Shown piece after piece: positions 25,343 through 36,181 of a stretch of DNA of 42,054 nt. Below the pieces are notes generated by a model. It was not told where the DNA came from. It saw nothing but the letters and a program-made list of their open reading frames with translations, and did no database searches. The translations under genes and the position numbers were made by a program. Position 1 is the stretch's first letter. Every line of letters begins with the position of its first letter. Origin of the DNA: a virus; the IMG/VR virus record IMGVR_UViG_3300005515_000015; one strand, given 5' to 3'.

Positions 25343-27253
25343 ATGAACTCCGTCATCGGTGCGCTGCGCGTCGTGCTCGGTCTCGACACGGCGGCATTTG
25401 AAAAGGGTGCTGCCGGCGCGCCGCGCACGCTCTCGAAACTCGGAAAGAGCCTGCAGAACTTCGGCGCGTCGATGACGACCTATGTCACGGCGCCGCTTGC
25501 CGCAGCCGGCGGCGCCATCACGGCGGCGCTTTCCGGTATCTCCAGCGATATCAGCCAGCTCCAGAACTCGGCGAAGGTGGCAAATGCCGGCTTCGAGGAA
25601 TTCCAGAAGCTGGCCTTTGCCGCCAAGTCCGTCGGCATCGAAAGCGACAAGCTCGGGGACATCTACAAGGATGTGAACGACAAGGTCGGCGACTTCCTGC
25701 AAAACGGCGGCGGGGAGATGGCGGATTTCTTTACCAACATCGCGCCGAAGGTCGGCGTGACGGCTGAAGCGTTTCGCAATCTCTCCGGCCCGCAGGCCTT
25801 GCAGCTCTACTATGACAGCCTGCAGAAAGCCGGCCTTAGCCAGGCGGAAATGACCTTTTACATGGAGGCGGTTGCCGACGAGGCGACGGCGCTCATCCCG
25901 CTGCTGCAGAACGGCGGGGCTGAGTTCACGCGCCTTGGCGATCGCGCTGTCGAACTTGGCGCGGTGTTTTCCGGCGATACGGCTGCGGCTGCGGCGAAGT
26001 TCAACACCTCGATGACCGAACTGGGCGCCTCATTGCGCGGTCTTGCCGTCGTGATCGCCAATAGCGGTTTGATCGAATGGGTGACGCAAGCGGTGCAGGC
26101 GATCACCGTCTTCGTGCAGCAGCTCGCGCAGACGAACCCGGAAATCGTGAAATGGGGGGCGATCGTCGGCGGCCTCGCTGCCATCATAGGTCCCGTCGTT
26201 GCAGCGCTCGGTCTGATGGTCAGCGCGATAGCTGCAATCGGGGTTCCTATTGCCGCCGCCGTGGCAGGGATTGTGGCTCTGACGGCGGCGATCGTCGCCT
26301 TCTGGCCAGAGATCCAGGCGGCATGGGACTGGGTGAAGAAGATCACCGCGGCCTTTGTCGAACTGCATACCCAGGCGCTGACGGCGGTCATCCAGAAATT
26401 CGGCGAACTGCGGACGGCGATCATCGCGGCGTTGGCCGGTCTCGGTCAGGAGATCCTTGCGACCTTCCGGGCCTTGCCGGCGCAGATGATGCAAATCGGT
26501 TCGGACATCATCAGCGGGCTCTGGCAGGGCATCAAGAACAAGTGGGAGGAGCTGAAGGGCGGCGTCGCCGAGATCGCCTCTGGCATCAAGGATACCTTCA
26601 CCGGCTTCTTCGACATCCATTCGCCGTCTCGCGTCATGCACGAGGTCGGCACCAACATCATGCAGGGCCTCGGCAACGGCATGAGCGACATGCAAGGCAG
26701 TGTCGTCGGCGTCGCCGGCGGTGTTGCAGGTGGCATCAAGTCCGCGTTTACCGGCATCAAGGATGTCGGCGCCGGCGTCGGTCAGGGCATCAGCGGCATG
26801 TTCGACGGCATCGGCTCTTCGCTCGCCGAAGCCATCAAGGGCACAAAGGATTGGCGCGACGTCGCGCTCGATGCGCTCCGCAGTATCGGCTCCAGCCTCT
26901 TGCAGACGATGAGCTTCGGCGGCGGTTTCGGTGGGGGCCTTCTGAAAGGGCTGCTCGGTGGGCTGGTCGGCTTTGCCAATGGCGGCTCGTTTCAGGTGGG
27001 CGGTGCGGGCGGCATCGACAGCCAGCTTGTTGCGTTCCGAGCCAGCCCTGACGAGACGGTCAGCATCACCAAGCCGGGGCAGACTGCACGCGGCGGCGGA
27101 TCTTATTCGTCGGTCTACAACATCGACAACCGTGGCGCTTCCATGGAGGCGGTCGTACGCCTGGAACGTTGGGTGGCTGAGCGAGATCGGACTGAAAGCA
27201 AGCGGGTGGCTGGTTATCAGCACACCTCGCAGACGCGAAGCACGAGGGCCTGA
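25343..27253 (+). CDS. Tape measure protein
   Basis: 636 aa, Ala/Gly-rich with hydrophobic central segments. Follows the chaperone pair. Confidence 0.9.
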   Translation: MNSVIGALRVVLGLDTAAFEKGAAGAPRTLSKLGKSLQNFGASMTTYVTAPLAAAGGAITAALSGISSDISQLQNSAKVANAGFEEFQKLAFAAKSVGIESDKLGDIYKDVNDKVGDFLQNGGGEMADFFTNIAPKVGVTAEAFRNLSGPQALQLYYDSLQKAGLSQAEMTFYMEAVADEATALIPLLQNGGAEFTRLGDRAVELGAVFSGDTAAAAAKFNTSMTELGASLRGLAVVIANSGLIEWVTQAVQAITVFVQQLAQTNPEIVKWGAIVGGLAAIIGPVVAALGLMVSAIAAIGVPIAAAVAGIVALTAAIVAFWPEIQAAWDWVKKITAAFVELHTQALTAVIQKFGELRTAIIAALAGLGQEILATFRALPAQMMQIGSDIISGLWQGIKNKWEELKGGVAEIASGIKDTFTGFFDIHSPSRVMHEVGTNIMQGLGNGMSDMQGSVVGVAGGVAGGIKSAFTGIKDVGAGVGQGISGMFDGIGSSLAEAIKGTKDWRDVALDALRSIGSSLLQTMSFGGGFGGGLLKGLLGGLVGFANGGSFQVGGAGGIDSQLVAFRASPDETVSITKPGQTARGGGSYSSVYNIDNRGASMEAVVRLERWVAERDRTESKRVAGYQHTSQTRSTRA

Positions 27254-27975
27254 TGGCGAGATTGATTTCGATGCCGGTTGGCCTCGTGCCGCGCGCCATG
27301 ACGCCGCTATCCGGCCCGCGTGCGGTGGGCGGCGGGGGCAACACCTCGATCGGCAACTTCATGCAGACGGTAGCGTCGCCGTTCGGCGCCTGGCGCTGGC
27401 AGTTCACGTTTCCGGTTTCCAAGGATGCGAAGTTCCGGCGCTATCGCGGCTGGGTTACGGCGCTGCACGGCGGCGCCAATGCCACGCGGGTCCCGTTTGG
27501 CGATCCCGACATGATCACGCTGCTCGAGGCGGGGCTTTCCGCTTCGCCTGCGCAGGAGCGTTTCGGACTGCCATGGGGCAATGGCGAGAGCTGGTCGAAT
27601 GATCAGAACTGGCAGATGACGGCGCCGAACGTGAAACTGGCAGCGGACGCCGCCTTCGACACCACGATCATACGGCTCGACGATCAGTTCTGGGGGCACC
27701 AGCTTCAGCCCGGTGACTATCTCGGGTTCTTCCCGCTGCATTTCGGGCTCTACACGGTGACCGAAGAACGGGGCTACGGCGAGTATCGGATCTGGCCGCC
27801 GTTGCGCAAGGCGCTGACGACAGACGATTTTGCGACCCTCTACCCCACGATGGCGATGCGTCTGGAGAGCGAGGATGCCGCCTCGGCAACGCGAAGCGTC
27901 GGCTATGCGGAAGAGGCGACCGTGACCCTCGTCGAGGTCTTTGATTATGACACACGGGACTATTTTGCGGACTGA
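27253..27975 (+). CDS. Distal tail / tail-tip protein (position-based)
   Basis: First ORF after the tape measure gene, with ATG overlapping its TGA. Confidence 0.6.
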   Translation: MARLISMPVGLVPRAMTPLSGPRAVGGGGNTSIGNFMQTVASPFGAWRWQFTFPVSKDAKFRRYRGWVTALHGGANATRVPFGDPDMITLLEAGLSASPAQERFGLPWGNGESWSNDQNWQMTAPNVKLAADAAFDTTIIRLDDQFWGHQLQPGDYLGFFPLHFGLYTVTEERGYGEYRIWPPLRKALTTDDFATLYPTMAMRLESEDAASATRSVGYAEEATVTLVEVFDYDTRDYFAD

Positions 27976-27977
27976 CG

Positions 27978-28562
27978 ATGGCGAACCTGTTTTCGGCTGA
28001 TGAGATCGAGTTTCTTCGGCGTCCGCATATCGCTCGCGCGTGGTTTGCGGATCTCGATCTGCCTTCCGGTCGCTGGCGGTTGCACAATGGCGTCGGGCGG
28101 AAGACGGTCGGCGGCTATGAGTGGCGCGGGGTTTCCGATCCGGCCGGGGGGCAGTTGGTGTCGATCGGCGCCGTCGAAGATCCGCGTTTCGGTCAGGCGG
28201 CGAAGATTGATGTCGTGCTTGCCGGGGTCAGCATCGCCTTCTTGCGGTCGGTAAAGGACCAGGGGCGGCAGATGGAGGGGCGCCAGGCCGATATCTACTG
28301 GTGCGCCTTCGACCAGGAGACACAAGAGGTCTGGGCGTCGGGTCTGAAAAAGATGTTCCCGGGCTACCTGTCATCACCGAAGATCCGCTGGAGCGGCGTC
28401 AGCGTCCGCACCGTATCCTTCACCATCGAAAGCCTTTGGCACTCGCAGAACTTCCCCTTCGGCGGCAAGTGGACGCCGGCGGATCAACAGGCGCGCTATC
28501 CCGGCGACAAGGGCCTGGAATTCGTGGGTGTGAAGGTGCAGGAGATTATCCGTGCGGACTGA
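27978..28562 (+). CDS. Tail-tip (hub-like) protein (position-based)
   Basis: Second ORF after the tape measure gene. No confident domain. Confidence 0.55.
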   Translation: MANLFSADEIEFLRRPHIARAWFADLDLPSGRWRLHNGVGRKTVGGYEWRGVSDPAGGQLVSIGAVEDPRFGQAAKIDVVLAGVSIAFLRSVKDQGRQMEGRQADIYWCAFDQETQEVWASGLKKMFPGYLSSPKIRWSGVSVRTVSFTIESLWHSQNFPFGGKWTPADQQARYPGDKGLEFVGVKVQEIIRAD

Positions 28563-28956
28563 GCTTGCCGATCTGCTGCGCGCCCATATTGATGCCGCGC
28601 AGGAAAGCGAAAGTGTGTGGGGCGTCTCCGATTGCTCAAAATGGGCAGCGGCGTGGGTGGAGCAACTTTATCCCGACCGCAAACTCGCACTGCCGACCTG
28701 GTCCAGTCGTGACGAAGCGCACCAGCTGATCGCGGCGGCCGGTTCCCTGGAGCAACTCTGGTCCGAGGCACTTGCCGATTTTCGGCTGTTCGAGACTGGC
28801 CGGCCGCAGCTCGGCGACGTCGGCATCATCGACACCGGCCGCTATGGGCAGGTCGGCGGCATCTTCCTTCATGGGGAATATTTTGCGTGGCGAGCTGAGA
28901 AGGGCGTCGCGTTCCTCGTTCCCCGAAACATCGTCAAGGGGTGGTCGATCGAATGA
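28552..28956 (+). CDS. Tail-associated NlpC/P60-like cysteine peptidase (tentative)
   Basis: WGVSDCSKWAA (candidate catalytic Cys) and GDVGII...GGIFLHG. Same slot as the GTA g14 peptidase. Confidence 0.5.
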   Translation: MRTELADLLRAHIDAAQESESVWGVSDCSKWAAAWVEQLYPDRKLALPTWSSRDEAHQLIAAAGSLEQLWSEALADFRLFETGRPQLGDVGIIDTGRYGQVGGIFLHGEYFAWRAEKGVAFLVPRNIVKGWSIE

Positions 28957-31142
28957 CCTCCATCAGATTGTTGTTTGCCAGCGGCGCCTCGTTTGTCGCA
29001 ATGGCGACGGATGCGCATGCTGACCCGGTGTCGCTGATCGCAACGGCGATTCATGGCTTTCTGTTGTCGAGCACCGCCGTCGCGGCGACAGCGGCCGGCA
29101 CGATCGCAACGATTGCCGCCAACGTCATCGTCGGTGGCGCGCTGGTTGGTCTCTCGATGTTCGGCGCCCGGCAGCAACGCACGGGCACAGTGAAGGCAGC
29201 GGATGCCAAGGGCACGTTTGAAAGCGGCGAAAGCTCTGTCATCGAAGGTCTCGGCCGCGTGCGCGTCGGCGGTCTCAAGGCATTCGGCAACACGGACGGG
29301 TCGACCCGCTGGCGATTGATCTGCCGGCTCCAGGGGCCGATCGACGCGGTCGAGGCTTACTTCGTCGGTGGTCGTGAAGTGACCGTCGATCCGGGTGGCA
29401 ATGTTTCCTCTCCGCCCTGGGCAACGCCTGGCGGTTCGTGGATGAAGTGGGAGGATAAGAAGGGCACGGGCGCCGAAACCGCATGGCCAGCGCTGGTCTC
29501 CGCCTTTCCGACGCTCTGGACCTCAGCGCATCGGGTGCGTGGCATCGCGCAATCGCTCCTGACTTTCTTCAATCCCGGCCTCACAGAGCCGAAGTACCTG
29601 ACCCTCTACCAGGGCGGTGTGCCGGATACGGAGTGGGTGGGGCGCGCCTCGCTTGTCTATGATCCGCGCGACGAAGCACAGAACGTCGACAACCCGGCGA
29701 CGTGGAAATGGAACGAAAACGGTATCCTCGGGCTGGCGCATGTGCTGCGCCGTGATCCGGCGTTCGCCTCCGATCGCTTCGACTGGCCGTTGATCACCAC
29801 ACAGGCGGTCAAGGCTGACATCAACGTGACGACAAAGACCGGGACCGAAAAGCGGGCGCGGATCGGCGGCATGTGGGCGTGGGAAGGTGCGCGACGCGAC
29901 ACCATGCAGGACATGCTGCAATCCGTCGGCGCCGAGATCCGCATGACGGCGGCGGGGAAAATCTGGTTCGAGTTGATCGACGATGATCCACTGTCGGAGA
30001 TCAGCCTGACGCCGCGCGACTTTCCGGAGCTCGAATGGGCGTTCGGGCCCGAGGCGGTGGAGCGGCCGAACATCTGCCGCGTAAAGTACTATTCGCCGGA
30101 GCGCAATTACGAGCTTGCCGACATCGATATGACCGGCATTGCATGGGCGAGGATCGACGATGAGGTGACGCGCTACGGCCCGAAGTACTTCGATGTCGAA
30201 TTGCCCTTCTGCCCTTCAGCAAGCCAGGCGCAGCGCATTGCCCGCCGGAGCTTTCTGCTTGCCCGCGGCGATACCGGAATCGCTGTCACCAATATGGTGG
30301 GGCTGGCGACTTGGGGCGTCTTCTACGGCGAGGTCGAATTGCCGGATCTCGGCGACGTCGAGAAGGTACGGTTATCACCGCCACGCGTGGATGACGGTCG
30401 CGGTTCGGTCGAAATTCCGTTCATGGTCTGGCCGGCGCTCACGCCTTGGAACCCGGCGACCGACGAGGCCGACGCTCCCGACCCGATACCGGAGATGGAA
30501 TACGAAAGCACGTTACCGACGCCCTCGGCGCCGACGGCGGCGATCCAGATCACCTATCCGGTTGGCGGGGCCAAAGAGCTTCGCATTGCCTACGCGCTGC
30601 CGTCCGTGCCGCGCACGGCGATCGAGGCAAACTATCGCGTATATTCCGGTGGCTTGCCCGGCTCCTGGCTGGGCATGACGGAAGCCTTCAACTTCGCCTA
30701 TGGTCCGGCCGATGTGCTCGGCGCCGAGATCGACGCGCGCGTCCGCATTTTCAATGGTGACGACGGCAGCTATTTCTCGCCGTTGCTGCATGCCACCGTC
30801 GGCGTCGACAACACGCCATGCGGCCAGCCTGTCGTGCTTTCGGGCGGCACGAGCGGCAGCACCGGCGTCGGCGCGCTCAATGTTGTGGTCGAGGCTTTAG
30901 AACTTTGGTGCGCGTCAATCCGGCTCGATCGTCGCGTCGACACTGGTTCCGGCTACGGCGCTTGGGTGACCATCAGCGAGCAGAACGCCCTGCCAGGGCA
31001 GGATCTGACGTTCAACAATAACTATTCGAACTCGTCGAGCTCGCAGCACACTGTCCAGTGGCGATTGATTACCAGGACCACCGGCGGTGTCGACGGCACG
31101 CCGCGCACTTACACGCTGACCGTCTGGGACCCGCCAGACTGA
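28953..31142 (+). CDS. Host-specificity / central tail fibre protein (J-like, GTA g15-like)
   Basis: 729 aa. Hydrophobic Ala/Gly-rich N-terminus. ATGA overlap with the upstream gene. Position after the peptidase-like gene. Confidence 0.7.
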   Translation: MTSIRLLFASGASFVAMATDAHADPVSLIATAIHGFLLSSTAVAATAAGTIATIAANVIVGGALVGLSMFGARQQRTGTVKAADAKGTFESGESSVIEGLGRVRVGGLKAFGNTDGSTRWRLICRLQGPIDAVEAYFVGGREVTVDPGGNVSSPPWATPGGSWMKWEDKKGTGAETAWPALVSAFPTLWTSAHRVRGIAQSLLTFFNPGLTEPKYLTLYQGGVPDTEWVGRASLVYDPRDEAQNVDNPATWKWNENGILGLAHVLRRDPAFASDRFDWPLITTQAVKADINVTTKTGTEKRARIGGMWAWEGARRDTMQDMLQSVGAEIRMTAAGKIWFELIDDDPLSEISLTPRDFPELEWAFGPEAVERPNICRVKYYSPERNYELADIDMTGIAWARIDDEVTRYGPKYFDVELPFCPSASQAQRIARRSFLLARGDTGIAVTNMVGLATWGVFYGEVELPDLGDVEKVRLSPPRVDDGRGSVEIPFMVWPALTPWNPATDEADAPDPIPEMEYESTLPTPSAPTAAIQITYPVGGAKELRIAYALPSVPRTAIEANYRVYSGGLPGSWLGMTEAFNFAYGPADVLGAEIDARVRIFNGDDGSYFSPLLHATVGVDNTPCGQPVVLSGGTSGSTGVGALNVVVEALELWCASIRLDRRVDTGSGYGAWVTISEQNALPGQDLTFNNNYSNSSSSQHTVQWRLITRTTGGVDGTPRTYTLTVWDPPD

Positions 31143-31198
31143 TCTGACGGCTCCAACCAGCCAGCGATACCAAAATTTTTCAGAACCCGGAGAATGGA

Positions 31199-33883
31199 AT
31201 GTCTCTTTTCACGAAGACGGCAAGCGACACCTTTGCGCCCTATGATATCGCCGGCACTCCGCGGCCGATCGTGCCTCAAGACGCGCAGGTCTGGGGCAGC
31301 GAAGTAGAGCGGGTGTTGCTGTCTTTCCAGGCTGGCGGCGGGCTGATCTATTCCTCCAGAGACGGTCTTTACGCTGACCTGGGCAAACCCGCTCACGCTA
31401 TGGCTTGGGTGCTGGGCGATCCCATCGTGGATCGAAACGGGGTCTATGAGAAGATTGGTGCCAGTGGCACTGGTAGCTGGCTGCGCCTCGGGGACTTGCC
31501 CTATTCGTTTATCATCGCGACCGACGTTGGCGCCGGCACGGCGAACGCGATCCAGGTGACGACCACCATTCCGGTGAGTAGCTCCGCGCTCATTTGGTCG
31601 AACGTCTTCGAGGCGAACACCGCCTCTCCGGTGACGATTGCCTTCAATGGTGGCGCGGCGCTGACGATCAAGACCAATAGCGGGGCTGACGTCGTGGCTG
31701 GCGGCCTCGTCGCCGGGATGATCCTGCTCGGCATCGTCAGCGGCTCGACATTCCGTCTCCTCAGCGATCAGGCGAGTGCAGCATTGCTTGCTGCGGTGGA
31801 GGCTGCGAAGGATGCAGCCGAAGCGGCGCGCGACGAGGCGCAGGCTGCGGCGGCCATCGCAAATGGCACCGTTCCGGTGGTTAACCGGGCCGCCCTCAGG
31901 GCGCTCGATACCGCAGTGAAGAAGGCCGCGATCCTTTATGGTGAAGGCGGCCGCAATGGCGATTTCGCGTGGGATGGATCGAACCTTTCGGCGATCCTTT
32001 CGCCACTCTCCGCTACCAGCTCCGCTGTCAACAGCTCCACCGAGACGATCACAGCGAACAATCACGGCCTTCAGACGGGGCAGGCCGTCTATCCGACTAC
32101 AAGTGCGAATGGTCTCACGGCCGAGACCTTCTATTATGTAATCCGTGTTGACGCGAACAACTTCAAACTCGCGGCGTCCTATGTCGATGCGGTCGCCAGC
32201 ACGGCGTTCAACCTCACCGGCACGACGAACTTTACGGTCAAGCTCTATATCGATCCGCTGGAAATCCTCTACGTCGTCCCGAACGGCAAGGCTCGCGACG
32301 GCTCGCAAGGGGCGTGGAAGCGCGTCTATGACGGGGCGGTGCAGGTAGTTTGGGCGGGTGTCGATGTTCCACTCGAAGCGGTAGTGGCGGCTTGTACAGC
32401 GGTCGCGATCTCATCGACGCACCTTTCGGCCGGCCGCCTGTCTTTCTTGTTCAAGGATGGCATCACCCTAAACTCCGGCGTGACCATTCCCAATGCACAG
32501 ATCTGGGATGGCTACGACGCCGGCAATGGGCTGGGCATATCGTTCGCGGCATCGGTCGGAACCTGTGTCACTGTCATCGGTTCTGGCGCCGCTCTTCGCG
32601 GCTTTGATATGAAGCAAGTCGGCACGCCGACGTCGTCGACGGGTGTGCAGGTCGGTAATGGCGAACAGGGCTATGCGCCGGTCCTCCGGGATTTCGTCGT
32701 TCGCGGTTTTTCCACGAACATCAAGCTTCGCTCCAACGTCGTGACGAAGTTGGACAATGTGACGTCGGTTGATGCAAAGGATTATCACTTCGTTATCGAA
32801 AATGTCGCGCATCCAGACAGCGGCGACTGGACCCTCTCGGGGGTTACTTATTCATCTTCGGCGGCTCGGTTCACCGGGTATATCAGCGGAACGACACTGA
32901 CAGTGATGTCTGCATCCGGGGGTGTTCTGGAGGTTGGCCAGCACGTCAGCGGTGCGGGCGTAGCCGATGGCACAAAAATCACGGCCCTCGGCACAGGCGT
33001 CGGAGGAACCGGCACCTACTCGGTCAGTCCATCACAAACTGTCGCATCAGCCGTAGCTCCCGCAAGCTTTGGCTCCGGCGCGAAAGCGGGCGTTTATTAC
33101 CGGAATTCTGGCGGGGGTAAGATTGTGGCCATGAAGGGCCTCGGCGCCCAGATCGGCCTGTATCTTTCCATCCCGGACGTTCCCGGCGCTCCTGGTGGCG
33201 GGGTCACTCAGGATTTGCAGATCGTCGGTTCTTCCTTTGAGAACCAATCCGTCGCCGGCATGAAGTTCGAGCGCACCACTGGTTCCACCACCGCCGCGTT
33301 CGGTTTGATCACTGTGGTCGGGTCAGAATTTGCGGGCCATCCGATTAGCATTTGGTTCGGTGTCGGGATTACTGGCTCCTTCGTGGGAGGGAATGCCCAC
33401 GGTTCGGGCATCGATGTGCCCGTGCAGATCGAAAACGGTGCGACCAACATCGTTGTCGGTCTCAGCTCGTTCCAGAGTGCGGAATACATTAGGGATAACA
33501 GGAACAACTTCGACGAGACTGGATACCTAGATCGTCGCGACACCTGGTCGATCAATTCTGGTAGCAATTTGGTGTGGAACACCGCGTTCCAGGTCCAGAT
33601 TGGTCGCCACGGTGGCGGGATCGTCGACGTCATCCTTGAAGGTCTTGTCCAGGGTGCGGACTCGTTCGTGGTGTATCGCAAGCTGAGCATCCGCTACAAC
33701 GGAACCTCGCTCTCGGTTGTCACCGTCGCTACCTCGAATGACGGCGCGGCAATCGGCTTCCAAGTTGCCACTTCCGGTGATACAGCCAGTATCCAGTATC
33801 GCTTAGGTGGTTCGGGCACGCAGTTGCAGGGAACTGCGACTATTGTGCCCGACGGAAAATTCAAACGGGTTGCGAGAGGCTAA
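31199..33883 (+). CDS. Tail fibre / tailspike with probable beta-helix distal domain
   Basis: 894 aa. Coiled-coil [28 protein letters not shown]. Distal repetitive beta-rich segments. GC falls sharply in the distal half. Confidence 0.8.
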   Translation: MSLFTKTASDTFAPYDIAGTPRPIVPQDAQVWGSEVERVLLSFQAGGGLIYSSRDGLYADLGKPAHAMAWVLGDPIVDRNGVYEKIGASGTGSWLRLGDLPYSFIIATDVGAGTANAIQVTTTIPVSSSALIWSNVFEANTASPVTIAFNGGAALTIKTNSGADVVAGGLVAGMILLGIVSGSTFRLLSDQASAALLAAVEAAKDAAEAARDEAQAAAAIANGTVPVVNRAALRALDTAVKKAAILYGEGGRNGDFAWDGSNLSAILSPLSATSSAVNSSTETITANNHGLQTGQAVYPTTSANGLTAETFYYVIRVDANNFKLAASYVDAVASTAFNLTGTTNFTVKLYIDPLEILYVVPNGKARDGSQGAWKRVYDGAVQVVWAGVDVPLEAVVAACTAVAISSTHLSAGRLSFLFKDGITLNSGVTIPNAQIWDGYDAGNGLGISFAASVGTCVTVIGSGAALRGFDMKQVGTPTSSTGVQVGNGEQGYAPVLRDFVVRGFSTNIKLRSNVVTKLDNVTSVDAKDYHFVIENVAHPDSGDWTLSGVTYSSSAARFTGYISGTTLTVMSASGGVLEVGQHVSGAGVADGTKITALGTGVGGTGTYSVSPSQTVASAVAPASFGSGAKAGVYYRNSGGGKIVAMKGLGAQIGLYLSIPDVPGAPGGGVTQDLQIVGSSFENQSVAGMKFERTTGSTTAAFGLITVVGSEFAGHPISIWFGVGITGSFVGGNAHGSGIDVPVQIENGATNIVVGLSSFQSAEYIRDNRNNFDETGYLDRRDTWSINSGSNLVWNTAFQVQIGRHGGGIVDVILEGLVQGADSFVVYRKLSIRYNGTSLSVVTVATSNDGAAIGFQVATSGDTASIQYRLGGSGTQLQGTATIVPDGKFKRVARG

Positions 33884-33884
33884 C

Positions 33885-34859
33885 GTGCAGTCAGCGGGAC
33901 GTCTATCGGCCGGAGGGCTTTCAGCCTCTCAAGTTGCCTGGATCTTTCAACTTCTCTTGGAACGCGAGCCTTCCCAGGACGAAGTTGAAGCGAGGCTCGA
34001 TCGCTATGCCGACGTGCGCCAGGTTCGAAACGAGATCATCCGCTCGCCCGAGTATGTGATAAAGAATGGCGGGAACGTCGCGTATCGTGAGGCGCAGAAC
34101 GTCTTTGCTGACCTGGCGCCCTATGGCGTTAACGGGCTCCTTTACGCCAACCTATCCGACTACATTGGGCTAAGCATCGTCAATGCTCAATACGAGCTGG
34201 AGGAGGTGGCTCTTGTCAGGGAACGGGTGAAGCCGGGCTACACCTTCGTGGATGTAGGTGCGAACATCGGCCTCTTCACCATCCTTGCGAGCGATCTCGT
34301 CTGGTCAGGGGGTAAGGTTTTTGCTTTTGAGCCCGTGCCGGCCACGCTCCAGTATCTCAGGAAGAGTATTGCCGCAAACCGGTTCTGTCTGAACGTCACT
34401 GCCACACAAGCCATTGTTGCCGATCGGTCCTGTGATGACTTGGAGATCGCGTACCAGCCCATCGAGGAAGGATCCGGTAGTTCGGGGGGCTCGTTCATCG
34501 TTGATAAACGTGACGAGCTTCCTCCGCATCTGAAGCGCGAGGCGATCAGGGCCGAGCCGTTGGATAAGCTGGTCCCTGAAGGCGAGAAGGTTCACTTCAT
34601 TAAGGTCGACATCGAGGGCGCTGAGCCATTGGCCATGAAAGGAGCGGAGCGTATTCTTAGCGCGTACTCGCCGCTCGTCATGTCAGAGGTGCACCCAGCG
34701 CAACTGAAAGCGGTCTCGAAGATCGATTGGCGCGGCTATTTTGATCTCATGAAGGGGTATGGTTACAGCCCCTTCTTTTTCCAGGGTGGCGAAATCACTG
34801 ACGAGGTTCAGCACCTCGATGACGGCAACGTCTATAGCGTCGTCTTCGCCAAGAAGTAG
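33885..34859 (+). CDS. FkbM-family methyltransferase with DUF4214-like N-terminal segment
   Basis: FVDVGANIGLFT...FAFEPVP...IKVDIEGAEPLAMKGA are FkbM motifs. GTG 33885 after GAGAGG. Confidence 0.8.
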   Translation: MQSAGRLSAGGLSASQVAWIFQLLLEREPSQDEVEARLDRYADVRQVRNEIIRSPEYVIKNGGNVAYREAQNVFADLAPYGVNGLLYANLSDYIGLSIVNAQYELEEVALVRERVKPGYTFVDVGANIGLFTILASDLVWSGGKVFAFEPVPATLQYLRKSIAANRFCLNVTATQAIVADRSCDDLEIAYQPIEEGSGSSGGSFIVDKRDELPPHLKREAIRAEPLDKLVPEGEKVHFIKVDIEGAEPLAMKGAERILSAYSPLVMSEVHPAQLKAVSKIDWRGYFDLMKGYGYSPFFFQGGEITDEVQHLDDGNVYSVVFAKK

Positions 34860-34895
34860 TACTTTCGTACCTCTAAAGAACTGAAATCCTTATGG

Positions 34896-34919
34896 AACCC
34901 CGCCCACCGGAGCGGGGTT
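34896..34919 (+). terminator. Stem-loop after the methyltransferase gene
   Basis: AACCCCGC-ccaccgga-GCGGGGTT: perfect 8-bp stem with no clean U tract. Confidence 0.45.
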
Positions 34920-34951
34920 ATCTGTTATGCGTAAGCTGTGTGGAGCGAAAC

Positions 34952-35086
34952 ATGACCGATAAAGAGAAAACTGCTCTTGCGATGCTCTCGACCGGATCCT
35001 CGTATAAGGAAGCTTCGATGCTCACCGGCATCAGCGTCGAGCGCCTGATGGAACTCTGGCGCGAAACCCACAAGAGCGCCGCGTAA
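34952..35086 (+). CDS. Small HTH-like protein, 44 aa
   Basis: ATG 34952 after GGAGCGAAAC. SSYKEASMLTGISVERLMELW resembles a LuxR/sigma region-4-type HTH. Confidence 0.45.
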   Translation: MTDKEKTALAMLSTGSSYKEASMLTGISVERLMELWRETHKSAA

Positions 35087-35206
35087 AGCCTAACATACAA
35101 GGCCTGCTGCCAAGCGGGCTCATTGGCACGGGAACCCGCTTTCCCGTCGCCCTCAAAGCTCGTTGTCTGAGCTGATCCTTCCCATCGTAAAAACTTGGAG
35201 CATTCG

Positions 35207-36181
35207 ATGAGCGTCATCACCGCGCAGCAAATCCGCTCGGCCGCGAAAGGGCCAGTTAACGAAAGCAATCTCAATTCCGTCCTGGTCGCGCTCGATCGCT
35301 ACGGCGACATGTTCGGACTCGATAGGCCGCATCGCCTGGTTCCCTACTTCTCGCAGCTCGGGCACGAAAGCTCTGACTTCCGTTTTGATCGCGAGATCTG
35401 GGGACCGACACCGGCGCAGCAGCGCTATGACATCCGCGTGGATCTCGGCAACACACCGGAGCGCGATGGCGACGGAAAGAAGTATGCCGGCCGAACGGCC
35501 ATGCAGCTGACCGGAAAGTACAATTACCGGCTCTTCAGGGACTGGTGCAGACGGCAGGGGCTTAACTGCCCGGACTTCGTCGCTGATCCGGATGCCGTCA
35601 ATCGCGATCCGTGGGAAGGGATCGTGCCGATCTTCTACTGGAGTGAGCGTGACCTCAACCAATGGGCCGACCAGGGTGACGTCGAGACGCTGACGAAAAA
35701 GATCAACGGCGGCAAGAACGGCTTTGCCGATCGTGTCGACCGATATGCGCGCCTGGCGCTAGTCGTGCTCGGCTACCGGCCGGACAACGTCATGCAGTTT
35801 CAGTCGGACAATCGCCTTGATGTCGACGGCGATGTTGGACCGAAGACGCGTGCGGCGCTGCACAAGGCGCTGGTGGCGCTTGTTCCCGGGGAGGCGGCGA
35901 AGCCGGAGATCAAGCTCGCGCCGGTAACCGAAGAAAAGCCGGTCCCGGTTCCAGTGCCGGTGACGCCGCCGAGCCTTGATGCGCCTTGGTGGAAGTCGAA
36001 AGAGGTCATTGTGCCGGCCGTCAGCGGCGGCGGTGCGTCTATCCTGACCGCGATCGGCGGCATTCCCTGGCAGAACCTGCTGATCGTCCTCATTGCTCTC
36101 GTCGGCATCGCCGGCTTCCTCTACTGGCGGAAGAACGCCGACCGGAAGGCCGTGGCGAAACAGGTCGAGAGGATGGCCTGA
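35207..36181 (+). CDS. Endolysin: GH19 (chitinase-like) domain + PG_binding_1 + C-terminal transmembrane segment(s)
   Basis: YFSQLGHESSDF...YAGRTAMQLTGKYNY (GH19). LDVDGDVGPKTRAAL (PG binding). C-terminal ILTAIGGIPWQNLLIVLIALVGIAGFLYW. Confidence 0.85.
   Translation: MSVITAQQIRSAAKGPVNESNLNSVLVALDRYGDMFGLDRPHRLVPYFSQLGHESSDFRFDREIWGPTPAQQRYDIRVDLGNTPERDGDGKKYAGRTAMQLTGKYNYRLFRDWCRRQGLNCPDFVADPDAVNRDPWEGIVPIFYWSERDLNQWADQGDVETLTKKINGGKNGFADRVDRYARLALVVLGYRPDNVMQFQSDNRLDVDGDVGPKTRAALHKALVALVPGEAAKPEIKLAPVTEEKPVPVPVPVTPPSLDAPWWKSKEVIVPAVSGGGASILTAIGGIPWQNLLIVLIALVGIAGFLYWRKNADRKAVAKQVERMA

Noticed and set aside
26030-27223. 397-aa minus-strand and 324-aa plus-strand alternative-frame ORFs inside the tape measure gene
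   Set aside because: Both are Arg/Gly/His-rich alternative frames of a GC-rich gene. The tape measure frame has the expected Ala/Gly/hydrophobic composition and position.
31109-32308. 399-aa minus-strand ORF antisense to the tail fibre gene
   Set aside because: Arg-rich shadow ORF. The fibre frame has a coiled coil and a GGAGA RBS.
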